64,000 nucleotides of DNA from the NCBI RefSeq assembly GCF_036588685.1, contig NC_086376.1:83369630-83433629 (forward strand). The letters run 5' to 3'. Below, piece after piece: positions 25,701 through 38,300 of the stretch (position 1 is its first letter; the number at the start of each line of letters is the position of its first letter). The position numbers and the translations under genes are program-made. Source of the stretch: Mytilus trossulus (taxonomy: Eukaryota). The notes beneath the pieces were generated by a model. That model did no database searches. It was not told where the DNA came from and saw only the letters and a program-made list of their open reading frames with translations.

Positions 25701-28700
25701 TAAAAAAAATATTAAATTATTTGTAGCACCATACAAATAGAAATAAAAGTCAAATTCAATTTAAAGCTTTCCACCTTATTATAATGGATTGATTACAATT
25801 TGTTTTAGACAATATACAGAAAAGAAGAACATTTTAAGGAGGGGATTATTTTCCTTATTTTTAAGATTGAAATAAAACTGTGATATTGAAATGCAGCAAA
25901 CATAAACCACTCTAAAATAAATAAATATAACTGTTTTACTCTGCAATTAAACATTATAAATGTTGGGATAATGCTCTCAGACAAACATCAAATTTAATTC
26001 CAAAATTAGAACAAGTTTCAAGGAGCATTCCAAACCATGGAAATCACTGAAAAACTTTCAATCATAAAAACTCATATCAGAGAGAGATAAAATTATTTGT
26101 AACCTTGATTGTAATTGAATTTTTGGACAGTAAATATTTTAAAAAATTGACCATAATAATTTTGGAATATTCCAGTCAACCTGAAGAATTTGGTGTAGAA
26201 GGATATCAGCCACCTGTAGAAGAGATCAATGCTCATGCCCCACCCCCTTCATTGGTACCAAGATTACATGCTGTTTTGTGTAACAAGCTGACACACAATA
26301 ACCCACTACTGCCACAGAAACCTGACTCAGATGAATATAAAACTAGTAAGTGGAGACTTGTGGATAGTAGTTCAAACCTAATAAAAGAAAGAAACATTCA
26401 TTGCAAAGAAAATAAAATCTTTCATGCAAATCTGTTGGTGTTGATCAAAGTATTAAAAGTCATAGAAGTTGAACTTACCCATCAATTTAACACTACAACG
26501 TATAGCTATATAATTATTGGAAAATCCTCTGGATTTCATTCTATTGGAAGTTTAAATTTCTCCTTGAAAAACACTTTAGGAATGACTGTATTTTTTCTGT
26601 CTATGAAGAAATAACATAAAAATGTGGTGCACACTGAATAACGTGTGTAGCAGGTTATTTAACAGTGTGCACCACATTTTTTATATTATTTCAAATAGAC
26701 AGAAAAAATATTACAGTCATTTCTTATAATTTAATTCTAAATTCCATTTTAAACCGTAGAAAACCATGAAAAAACGTTGATGACGTCATTGTTACATGAC
26801 TAAATTATGTCTATGGGCTGATAACAAAATAACGTCAGCCAATCAGAAGATGCGTTACATCCAAAATTAAATTGTATCTTAAGTGAAAACCTGTGAATTT
26901 TACTAAAGAAAACTGCATGTGTGAAGAAAACTGAAGACATTTGCTGAAATTATTATTTGTACTTTATACTATACTTTTCCAACATAAAAGTGAAAGTTCG
27001 TTGAAAGTTGTAACATTTCTTTCTAACCTATTTAAAGATTATATCATAAATCTCCACTTTGCTCTAATTTGATATATGCTAGTACTCTTTATGTCAGTGT
27101 ATGAACCAATGCATTATCTTTCAGAATTTCAGCAACTTGAACAAGAGATAGATACTTTAAGAGGGAGAATAATGGAGTTGTTAGAACATGCACTACTTGG
27201 AGACAGTTTAGCTGCAGAGTTCTTTCTATTGCATTTATTATCCTCTGTGTAAGTATTCTATTACTATAATAACATTATGTTTGGTAGCAGATTTCAGTTG
27301 GGATATCAATCATTAACAATAGCATACTGTCCATCTTGTAGCATTTGGATAATTGCTGAATAATTACCAAAATTTTGCCTTTTGGACATATGAGGCTAAA
27401 CTATAATTACTAACATTCACTTCATTTGAACTTTGGTGTATAGTTGCCTCATTGACATTCATACCACATCTCCTTATTTTGTATAGCATACATATATTTT
27501 GTACTCTTGAAAAACAAATATGTGTCAAACTGAACCAAAGCAATTGATTTTAAACTCAATAAAAAATATTTTTCAGGTATGGTAGAGCTGATGTGATGCC
27601 TCTAGGAAAGTTCAGTCTTAACCTAAGTCATTGCCCTGTAACACCTAAATATGGTCAGCTATTACAAGTGTTCATGGCAGGACTGCTTTCACAGGTATAT
27701 ATCAATAACATTATGAGAACTTTATTTCTTAGCTTTTATGCCCTACTTACAAAAGTACTGGACATACTGTTTCAAGTCTCGGCATCTGACTATCCATTAA
27801 TCCATATCAGGTTTAAGTTTTGGGTTAAGGTAGAAACCCATGATATTGTGTTCAATTTAACTTCAAACTAAAAAGACTTGTGTTTATTATTATGTTAACT
27901 TTTTAATATATGTCTAATCTAGGTTTTGACCAATACTTTGTGGAAAATAACAAAGGAATTGTTACAAATTTGGAGTGCATACTTATAACAAGAAAGTTTT
28001 ATTTTCAGTCACATTTACTCCCCTTGTCGATAGAAAACATGAATACTTTACGATTATGTCCAGAAAAAGACTACACAGCAAACCGTTTAAAATCTGGAGT
28101 ATTGCAACTACCTGAGAGAACATCATTAGTCATAGATGAAACAGTACTACAACCTGGTCAACTGGAAGCTGGGGGTATGTTGGGTTGAACATTTATCTCA
28201 TCAAGGTCTGCTCATATATATTTTACTAATTCTTGCCTTTGAGAGAGATCAGTATCTATAGATTGTTATATGGCGCCAATCATTGAGTAAGAAAAATAGA
28301 AGGTTTACATGTGTAACACACAAAAACAACCATGCAACAATGTCAATTTCAGCATGTTCAGTGAATGTTTTTGAAGCACTTTTGTTTTAAATCTGGCAAT
28401 ACTTTATTATTTATATTTACTGTTGAAATTAGTTGCTATGCCATAATCAATAATTATTCACTTTGAGTGATTTATATTATTGTTGTCCTTTGAAGTATCA
28501 GCTCGAAACAGGTGTTATAGCTCACATTACATTTCTCAGCCTGATACAAATCATCTAATATTTAAAGACGCTATGCAGTTATTGTCTATGTAACTTTTAT
28601 GATATTTTTGTCTTTCAAGGTGTCAAGAACATGACAGCATTAGGAAACCTGATCAGTTGGCAGAAAGTGGAGTATGATTTCAGTTACCACAGACAAGATT

Positions 28701-31700
28701 TTATGGCAAACGTAGCTGTAATGATTCTGTCTGAGGCAAAATCTATATTACCTGTAAGTATGCTGCTACTCGTGGGGCACACTGGGAATCAAGGTCATGT
28801 TTAAAAACTGCCTTAGGTCTAGCTCATGACAACATCTTCTGAAGTAGTGAAAATCAGTGTAATTCATTACTAAATTGAAATTTTCAGTTTTTTCTCCTCG
28901 ATGCACATTACTGTACTAGGAATTGGCAGAGTTGTCAACACTGACATTGTGAGTTGGAACCCCACATGTGGCTGGTGCATTCGATACCAATCATAATTGG
29001 CTCAGATTGACATTTTTTTTCTAGAAGATTTGTAGATCTCTCTGTCCACCAATAAGAACTGCCTTTCACCATTAAGCCAATTGTGCTAAAAGTGAATTAA
29101 AACACCAACAATAAATCTGTAAATATCATTAATGAAACTATTATATTGATAGGTATTTGAATCTTTGATGGTTATATTTTCAGAGTGATTGTTTATTACC
29201 ATTAGAAGCTAAGATAATGCCAGAAGATTGGATAGGACATTTTAGCATGTTAGAATCAGGGATGACAGCAGAATTGTTGACAAAGATACGCACATACATC
29301 ACACTGGCCAAACAGTTAAATTATTCATTAACAGATGAATTGCAGAAGGTATGTTCATGAACAGAAAATAAAACTAGTGAATATCTTTATTGTTCCAGAG
29401 CTATTACAATCCTGATTGAAGTTATAAATTTTTGACCAACCTTAAATTGTTCGTCCATTATCTCAAAAAGTATAATAGGTAAATAGAAACTGTTAATAAC
29501 AAGAATGATCAAAAATAAAGGATTAACATTAATGCTTAATAACCAGCACTATGACAATTTTTATCTTCAAACTTTAGACAGAAATAGAGAAATTTTGACA
29601 AACGGGAATAATCTAAAATAAGTCATCATGACTGAAATGTTGACTCCCAGTAGTAGCCATCAGCCTTAATTTACTTCTTTATCGATTTTCAGTTTTGAGC
29701 TGTAACTTTAAAAAGTATAAAAGACCCAAAAAAAATATAAGCGTGTAGATCTTCAAAAGTTAATTTACATGACCTAAATTATTCATTATCTCCTGAATAA
29801 GTTATCTTCATTTTTACACATTTTGCTATGATGTTTAAAACTCAAATAAGTATTATATTGATGTATTTAACTTTGTCTGAATATTCTCTAAGGTTTACAA
29901 TGAGTGCTTCAGGCTCATCAGGGTTTGACACTAACATTAGAGGTGTTGTAGTCCACAGGACTACAAAGAATAAAATTTGGGTAGTCCTGTTAGTCCTTGT
30001 CTATCACCGGTGAGGGCCGCGTTGCGGCCCGAACTAGTTAGGGGGGTTTGGGGAAAATTTTTGGAAATAAGATGCAATTTCCTGCCATCTGAGCACCTCA
30101 AAAGCACACAAATGTTCATTTGAGTTTTGAAAATATTTGGTTTTTTTTTTTCAGATAAATTAAAGTTGACATTCAGTGAATAAATTTTATTACTCCTGAA
30201 ATTTTCCTGTCAGAAAATTTTGAAAAATTGAATGCAAAATCTGCAATCTGAGACAATTTCTAAGGCCTTGTTAGGTGGAGTTATTTGACCTTTTATTCCA
30301 GGATTATTTAGAAAAAAAAAGGATAAAAATAAGTCAATAATAAATAATAGGTTTGTTTGCGCAAACGCTACCTACCCAGAAAAAAGCTGCCTACTCAAAT
30401 TCTTTAATTTGTCCTGATTTGAAGAAGTTTTTTTTAATCAAATAGGCATGAAGACTAATAAACATCTAATACCCTATGTGTTACAAACACTGTGATGATT
30501 CTGATCAGAAATCTGGATCTCAAAAGTGCTTTCATAATAACAATATTAAAATTACGTTCTTCCAAATGCCATCACTGTTTTTGAAGAATTTAAACATTAT
30601 TGGGAGGACTTTTATGCCAATTTTTAGCATTGAAATAGCCAGACCATGTACAAATTTCCAGGTGGTCCACAGGACTACTGATTAACCATGTTTTGGTAGT
30701 CCTCCTAGATTTTATGGGGGCACTGGACTACCGTAAGTGTCGAACCCTGCTCATATGAGAAGTCAGTCTTACATAGTAGACTTTTTTTTGTTTTTCAAAG
30801 AATAAATCAACTTTCATATTGTTATGCCTATCTTATAGGCTACAGGGACATTAAGTGTTACCCTTCTTCCATCCATCCCATATATTTTTCTGCACTCTTA
30901 CTTAAATTTGCCTGTTGCAAATTTATGAAACTCGTACACAATGCTAAGAAACATAGTTCGAAATTTTGGTTGTAAAATCATTTACTGTATTTCTTAACTT
31001 GAAAACTGCAGACTTTGGAGGTGGGCATTTGTGTCCTCAGGCAAATTCTTCTTTTGTTTATATTGACATTAAAAAGAGGACATTGAAACCTACTATTAGT
31101 AATTAAGGTAAGAGTCCAAGAAGCTGAATATTTATAAGGTTGTCTAAATATAAAAATATTTATTTTAGATAATCCAAGACGACTTTGTTGACATGAGAAA
31201 AGTTGATAGTAAAAGCATGACAGTTGACGACTTCCATTCTCTGTTGTGTACAGTTAGGTAAGTAATAGATTATAATAAGCTAGTTGTTCATTGTGCTCTA
31301 AGATCAGTTGTTGTCACTTTGCATCATTCACTATTTATGCCAAGGCTGAAATAGGTTCTCATTGACTTTTCTTTTTACACCTATGATAAAGTCCTATGTC
31401 CATGGGAGTTTCTAGTTTGAAAATTTGTCCAATGACCCTGCCTGCCAACCAAGATGGCCAACATGGCTAAAAATTTAAAGTAGGGGTGAATTGCAAGTTT
31501 TGTCTATCATTTTGAAAATATTATAAAGAGAGGAAATCTGACTGGAGCAAAACTGAACAGAATGTTGAGCTTAATAATAAATACTGTAAATTCAGAAATT
31601 ATTGCAATGTTTTTATTATTGCTAAAAATGTGATAGGGTTATCATTGCAATAATTAAAACTCTGATACAGATAAATATTTAAAAACAAAAATAATCAGCA

Positions 31701-31909
31701 AAATAAGATATACAACATTGCTGAAGCCATCAATTTCTTTTCAATTTTAATTGCCCTTTAATGATAACTTTAATCAAAATGATATATTATAACATATATA
31801 TTTCAGACTGCTATCACTCAGCTACTTAAAATCAACACCTACACAAACTCTGTGGAGAAGGGCCAAAAACATGGACTCAGAAAGGAAGAGGAGGATCAGC
31901 CCAACCTAA
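16763..31909 (+). CDS. MCMBP: Mini-chromosome maintenance complex-binding protein, complete, 15 exons, 613 aa
   Basis: Exons 16763-16823, 22889-22962, 23255-23437, 24004-24105, 24442-24622, 25126-25199 (GC donor), 25566-25663, 26176-26345, 27125-27248, 27577-27694, 28009-28174, 28620-28753, 29184-29348, 31169-31257, 31807-31909 sum to 1842 nt in one frame. Motifs: [116 protein letters not shown]. Confidence 0.95.
18037..18971. mobile_element. Non-autonomous TIR element with 6-bp TSD (ACCATA)
   Basis: ACCATA(18031-36) CAGACATGTGA ... TCACATGTATG ACCATA(18972-77). Confidence 0.75.
19033..20291. mobile_element. Non-autonomous TIR element with 6-bp TSD (TATTTA)
   Basis: TATTTA(19027-32) CAGAGCTCCAGATAAG ... 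CTTATCTGGAGCTCTG TATTTA(20292-97). Perfect 16-bp TIR and subterminal ATTGGGT repeats. Confidence 0.85.
20321..22830. mobile_element. Non-autonomous TIR element with 5-bp TSD (ACAAT), containing a nested Helentron-type element
   Basis: ACAAT CAGTGTTCCAGCTAGG ... CCTAGCTGGAACACTG ACAAT. Perfect 16-bp TIR and subterminal GCCCT repeats. Confidence 0.85.
20416..21702 (+). mobile_element. Helentron-associated non-autonomous element (HINE/DINE-1-like) with about 500-bp internal tandem units
   Basis: 5' TTTTTAGCTCACCTGG subTIR and hairpin, then a (GTC/GTCC) microsatellite, units starting near 20501, 21002 and 21500, and a 3' CAAGGTGAGCGA subTIR plus AGGCTC..GAGCCT hairpin ending CTAGTT. Confidence 0.85.
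26576..26880 (+). mobile_element. Long-hairpin non-autonomous element
   Basis: gaatgactgta..tctgtctat..aaaatgtggtgcacactg pairs with cagtgtgcaccacatttt..atagacaga..tacagtcatt. The 3' end has a CCAATCA..GTTACA motif shared with the elements at 41007-41893. Confidence 0.65.
29919..30749. mobile_element. Non-autonomous TIR element with 5-bp TSD (CTCAT)
   Basis: CTCAT CAGGGTTTGACACT ... AGTGTCGAACCCTG CTCAT, with subterminal GTAGTCC/GGACTAC repeats. Confidence 0.8.
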
Positions 31910-32779
31910 ACATACTTGATTGACCAACACAGAAGAAAGACTTAAAATATTAAAAAAAGAATAGAATTCACAATAAACAAATTTATACGCAAAGAACACA
32001 TTTTGCCATTGTTAACTGAGGAGAAATTTACATTTGTTAACCATAGAAAGAAAATAAATTGTTAGCTCATTTTAAATGATTTTTGTTTTGCCTACAAAAT
32101 AAGTTGACAGACATGACAAACTGATGCAAACAAGGCTATTTGAATAAAACTTTGTGTCAGAAGAAGAAAGAGCTGGATTAATCATCTGTTCAACACTACA
32201 GTTGTCTAGCTATTATCTGGAAAACTATTGCATTTAGAGAGAAACTAACAATAAAACAGTAAAAATGGCCATCCCACCAAGCACTTACTGAATATGTCAA
32301 AAAAATCTGCTCCAGACTATTTCAAGACGATTTCAAAATTATTGCCCCTGAAATTTTAATTTTAATTATTGTTTAATGTTTAGCCTGCTAGCTTTTGTTT
32401 CTAAATGATCGACAATACAAAATATTAGATGATTTTTACCAATATACTGTGGTCGTATCAAGCTGCACTTGGCACAGCAATTTATTGTTATTGTCTTAAA
32501 AAATTTAGACATGTTTATGGTCAATAAAAATTGAAACATTGATCATGTTTGCTAAAAAAGAGGTGAAAGATATCACAGAAACAATTAAAAATACACAAAG
32601 TTAAAGAAAATGCAACAAAGAGCAAGAAATTACTAACACAAGAGAAACATAATTTGCTTTCAAAACACTACAAAGAAAGCTTCTAACTAAGCATATCTCA
32701 CCTCCTAGATACTACCAATATTGCTCTTGGTTAGTAAAAACTTGATGATTAGTCTAATCTTGTTATAGAACAATCAAGA

Positions 32780-33020
32780 AAACGAGAACCGGGTTGTGGC
32801 TATAATTTTGGTTATCATTTGTGACACAGATATTTCATGACTGTCGTCCTATCCATGATGGTATACATGAAACTTTCTTCAGAATTTCTTCAACTCCCCT
32901 TGATATCCTTGACTCAACCCTGGTATGCAGCAACCAAATATCAACTACATCATGATATGGAATGAAAGCTCTAAATTATCTTAGCATCAGCTATTCATAC
33001 TGATGGTATTTTGCTACCTA
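32780..33020 (-). mobile_element. Highly decayed Penelope-like element remnant (tentative)
   Basis: The minus strand resembles, from memory, the region after the RT domain of an abundant bivalve Penelope-like repeat (ending gaaatatctgtgtcacaaatga). No intact ORF. Confidence 0.3.
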
Positions 33021-33059
33021 TAAATTGATTGTTTACAATCAGAAAGCTGAAATTATCTC

Positions 33060-33444
33060 TTTTTTTATGCCCCATTTATGGGCATTATGTTTTCTGGTCA
33101 GTGCGTCCATTTGTTCGTCCGTTTGCCCTCCTTACCATCCTCGGGTTAAAGTTTTTAATGAAGTTTAGTCAAATCAACTTGAAACTAAGTACACATGTTC
33201 CCTATGATATGATCTTTCTAATTTTAATTCCAAATTGCAGATTTTCCCACGTTTTCAAGGTCCACTGAACATAGAAAATGATAGTGCTGATGGGGCATGC
33301 GTGTACTGGGGACACATCAGGGGTAGATCCAGCCATTCTAAGGGGGTTCTAACAATATTCAACCATTCAAATGCATTGATCGTCAAAAAAAAAGGGGGGG
33401 GGGGGTAAAACCCAAACTGGATCCGCCAATGCACATTCTTGTTT
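33060..33444 (+). mobile_element. Short HINE-like element interrupted at its 3' hairpin by a small TIR element (33318-33431, TSD CACAT)
   Basis: TTTTATGCCCC start, GTCC-type microsatellite, GGGGCAT..GTGT..ACAC..CTTGTT end. The insert CAGGGGTAGATCCAG...CTGGATCCGCCAATG is flanked by CACAT on both sides. Confidence 0.7.
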
Positions 33445-34212
33445 CAAAAGGTTTTGTTCTAAACTAACTTTCATTGTCAATTTCTTTATGTATTAAAATT
33501 GAGAATTGAAATGGGGAATGTGTCAAAGAGACAACAACCCGACCATGGAAAAGACAACAGCAGAAGGTCACTAACTTGAAGCCTTTAGTTTAGAGACACT
33601 CTATATAGTGTGACACGAAAGTAAAGGATATTGCTATCATCTCTCAATGTACAGAAACTTCTGGAGGGCTTTTTTGGGGCTAAGAATAATATAATTATAT
33701 CGACTGGTCACAGGTTGGGACCCGTTTCTCTATATATCATGAAGTAACTTACTTTAAGTAAGGTCAACTTTATCTCATGAAAAAAGCCTTGCAATACGTT
33801 TGATCTGAACATAATTATCATTAGAGACTGTACATTAAATTGATAAACCATTTTCAGTTTGTTAGTACATTTTCAGACTTATCCCCTATGGTATGATTTC
33901 AGAGTGGTAACTGACTTTCATTGGTTAAAGTTCAAGCATTAGCGCAAATTCAGTGCTATTTAGACACATCGATTGCAGTCAATCATTATATGTTATGTCT
34001 GTTTTCAGACTGTTCCAACTCATATTTGTTTTCCGCTTTTTTCCAACAAAACATTAGTCTGACATGTTTTAGAACAAAACTGGATTGGTTGACTGCAAGC
34101 GAACTATCTTAACTTCTGAAACTGAAATGAAAACAACTTTTGGATTTTAAATTATTTAAGATAATAGTATAGAAACAAAACCAACCACAATGTCTTATGT
34201 TTTATACTCTTT

Positions 34213-34487
34213 ACAACAGATTTCCATGAGTGCGTAGCTAAAGGTAATATCTTTGGTTATATTGCTTGCTAACTAAACTGAAGTCATTGTTAGGTAAGGT
34301 ACAAATGTATACTACCCTCCTTTCGAAGTAACTTAGTCCTACAGACAGATAGAATGGTAATCTGTCGGACTAGTATACTCTTAAAAGAGGGTAACTTGCC
34401 TAACATAACAATGACTTCACGGTTGATCTAACAAGCAATCTAACCAAAGATATTACCTTTGCCTACACACTCATTGAAATCGGCTGT
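34213..34487. mobile_element. Foldback MITE (same family as 5723-5990)
   Basis: gatttccatgagtgcgtagc..aaggtaatatctttggtta pairs with taaccaaagatattacctttgcctacacactcattgaaatc. Confidence 0.75.
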
Positions 34488-35334
34488 GAAACACTCTTTC
34501 AGTGCTTGCTTTAAAACATTTAAAAAATCACAGCCTCAATTTAAGAGATAAGTGGATAGCTCTCGGTGCATATCAGTAAGAATCTATTGGTATATGCATT
34601 ACCAGATGAGATTGAAATAAGACCAAAAAACGTACTTAACAGAGTCATTTCGAATATACTCGGTATTCAAAATCTATGAGTTAATACCTTCAATCTATTT
34701 CAATGCTTTCAATTCAAGTTGACTGCTATTGAAATAGATACCGACCGAATAGGCCATATCTTTTTGGTCAATGGTACAATAGCTTTCCAGTTGCTATATT
34801 TCTTCCATTTGAGACAAACATACAAAGGACAGTGAATGGTTTTTTTTAAACTATTTTTATAACAGGCCCAAGTACACGAGGACCATATTTGAACCTGTAA
34901 CGATGTTCGATAGATGAACACTTTGTATTGATCGGACGAATAAAAAACAAAGACCACGCGTTCATACGTACTTTTTGTTTTGTTTACACCAATATTGTTA
35001 TTTACATACCGGCTTTAAATTTGAATTTGTTTTGTTGTCTATTAATCTACATGTATTGGTTTGTGTATTCAGGTTTTGACTTCCCAGAGTTAATTTGCTA
35101 ACAAATAACTCAAGACAAATATAATATATATTTATTTAATTGACCTATAATTTCGAATTCATTTAAATAACACATATGTTGCTTCATGATACATAGAATA
35201 ATTTAAAGCCTAGATGACTATGAGTTGGATATTATTTTATGTATACCTCGGGTGCAGTTCTCTTTAAACAAAAAGAAAGCCATTTATTTTAGTGTTTGCA
35301 AGTGTTTATTCAATTGTAATAAGTTTTTTTAACA

Positions 35335-38300
35335 ATGCTACCTTTGAAGCTGTCTTGGATGCTCTTGTTGCAAGTGGTCATAACACGAGGTATGTAAACC
35401 TGTATAGACGGGCGGATTGGTTGAGATTATGTTCGCGCAAACAAAAACATAACATTTGCGCGACTTTAACCTATAAATCTACCTGTATATTTGCCATTCT
35501 ATTAAATACAACTTACTTTTTAAAAGTCATATTATTATTGTATACTTTACTGGACGAATATCCATTCAATTTGTAGGTGTCATTTGGACCGTGTTTTTAA
35601 ATATACATGTATAGAGAACAAATGCAACATTTGCGCGGCGAGAACTATAATTACGTTCGTGCGGATTTCAAAATAGCAATTTAAAACAGGTATTTACCTT
35701 TATTTTAAGCAATAGCTCTAGTTCTAGTCCTTTCATAAACGTACAATCCGTGCAAACGTAAAATTTCCCGCGCAAACGTAACATTTTTGTTCACCCAAAA
35801 CTAACATTTTTGTTCGCGCAAATATATTTACCAATCCGCGCATATGTAATGTATGTGTATCGACGAATTTACTAACTTTACTTATTAGAAGGTATGTAAT
35901 TTTGCAATACGATACACTGAGTATGTATTAGTTGAAAATTGTACAAAGAACTGTAACAGGGTTCGTTTATTAGTTCTCATATTATGAAATTGCATACTAA
36001 AACGTCTTTTTTAAAAACCAAACCTTAGTCTACGAATACGGCGAACGCGCACATACACATATATTTCTTCAAAACTCAATCACTGAATCAATTTTACAGT
36101 TTCAGTTTACCATTTACCTTGTCACAACTTTATTACCTTTTATTTATGATAAAGTGAAAGATTCGTAAGTGACAGAAAATGAATTCCAACTAGCCCTCCC
36201 AACAAGTAAAGTAACTGCAAATTGCCAATGATACCAACTCCCTGTATATTTTTTAATTTGCGCTTTCCTAATCGGAAGATCAATCTAGAAATGCGCATCA
36301 GGCGCACGAAATTGATAAAGTGAAAAAATTATTCAATTATAATTGAGAGTGTTCTTGTTCTTTTATGCTCTGTGTGACGATATGATTGCAAACACGTCAA
36401 ACTTACTTGTTCTTACAAAAATATGACAAAAGGGTGGAATAAATTTACAAATTGTAAAAATAAAGAGAGAGGTTCGAGTGCTTGTTCCAAGTCTGGACAT
36501 CTTAAAACTTTGTTAAGTGTTGTTTCGTTAGGTTCCTATCTCATTTACTTGTATCACACATCTCCTTTCATTCATACAAAACTTGAAAATGGAAATGGGG
36601 AATGTGACAAAGAGATAAACCCGACCAAAGAGCAGACATTAACCAAAGGCCACCAATGAGTCTTTAATGCAGCGAGCAACCCCGCACCCTGAGGCGTGCT
36701 TCACCTGGCCTGAAAAAAGTACAAAAGAAAACCCACAAAATATCAAAGAAAGACAAATGTACCGTACGACTGAATTTTCAATTATTGATTTTTTTCTGCA
36801 GGTTTCAGCACATATTTCTATCTAGGACCATCCATTTTGAATTATTATGATTCATTGGATTACTGTACGAACATTGGAATGAAACTGGTAAAAATTAACA
36901 ACGACCAAATGAACAATATGGCAGCGCAATTCATCACGAGTGAGTAAGTATATAGTCTACAGGAGCTAGCAAAGGGGGAAGAAAAATCTGTGGTTGCAAA
37001 ATTTTCAACTTTTCTATTAATTCATTACTTTTAAAATAGTTAACATTTAGCTTAAACTAGATCGTTTTCATCCAGCGATATGTGTTATTTTCACATGCAA
37101 CATTATCAAAACTGCTAACACTTTCGTTTTTTAAGAGGTTTCATGATTTGTAATTAATTTTGAAAATACAATGAGCACATTTATTGCCGGACATAACTGT
37201 CAAATTCGTGTCCCCGATTCGAACCAAATACTCATATTTTATTTATAACATAGTGAAACATCTATCAAGATTTAAAAAAATGTAGGAAAGTATTTAAGGG
37301 GCATTAGCTACGATTTACACCAAAACATAAAACGTGTTATTTTGTGTTTCTAACATTTTCAAAACCGAAATATTGAAATAATATTTCGCTAGCTATTAGC
37401 TGTCAGGTCGGTTCATTTTTTTCCAAATAAGATTTTATCTAAACAACAGCAAATGACTTGTCTTATTGGCTTGCAAGTATGATTCAATCTTATTTGAATC
37501 CATAGTCATGCAACCTTTAATTTTACCATGAAGCATAAAATATCAGCCAGGTCCATTTCCGCAAAGTCCTTTTATCTTAAAAAAAAAAAAAAAAAAAATA
37601 CCAATGAGCACCGTGTTTACTTATATTTTGATATTAGATTAGGTTTTTTTTTCGAAATGTGCAGACAAATTTGGGAATAAATCAAATACCTTCCCCAATG
37701 CCAAGTGTTGCATGGAATACGACGTGACCATAGCTTTATAGGTCTGTCATTCAATATTTATTATTGTAATTGTGTTCATCTTTGGTAGACATTTGTATTA
37801 CTAGTATATGTTGTCAAATATATTTGCGTATACAGGATTTTTGAAGGTGGGGATGTTAGTCTCAAAACCGGCTCTATGGATATATATTTTTAACAGGAGC
37901 ATAGTCGATGATGTGTGGATGTCTGTATATTGTCCGCCAAACCAACTTTGTCATTGGGATGATGGCAATACGTTGGACTATGACTCATGGGCAGCTACTG
38001 AACCAAAATTTGAATTTGGAAAATTTAGCCAGACCTATGCTTATGTATTGTGGACGACTGGCGCCTACACGGAACTTAACCGCCCTCTATGTTATGGTGT
38101 GTATCACTTTAATGTATATACATATGTAATAGTAGAGTACATGTTCCAAAATTCCTTTATCTAGATCTTTTTTTCATCTCTCTCCTTTCTTTCACAATTA
38201 TGTTTTAGTGATTAGCTTTGTGTAAATTTTTCATTTATATTTGATAGTGGAAACAGTCTTTTAGTACAATGTATGTCATTCTAATTTAATTTCATTATAT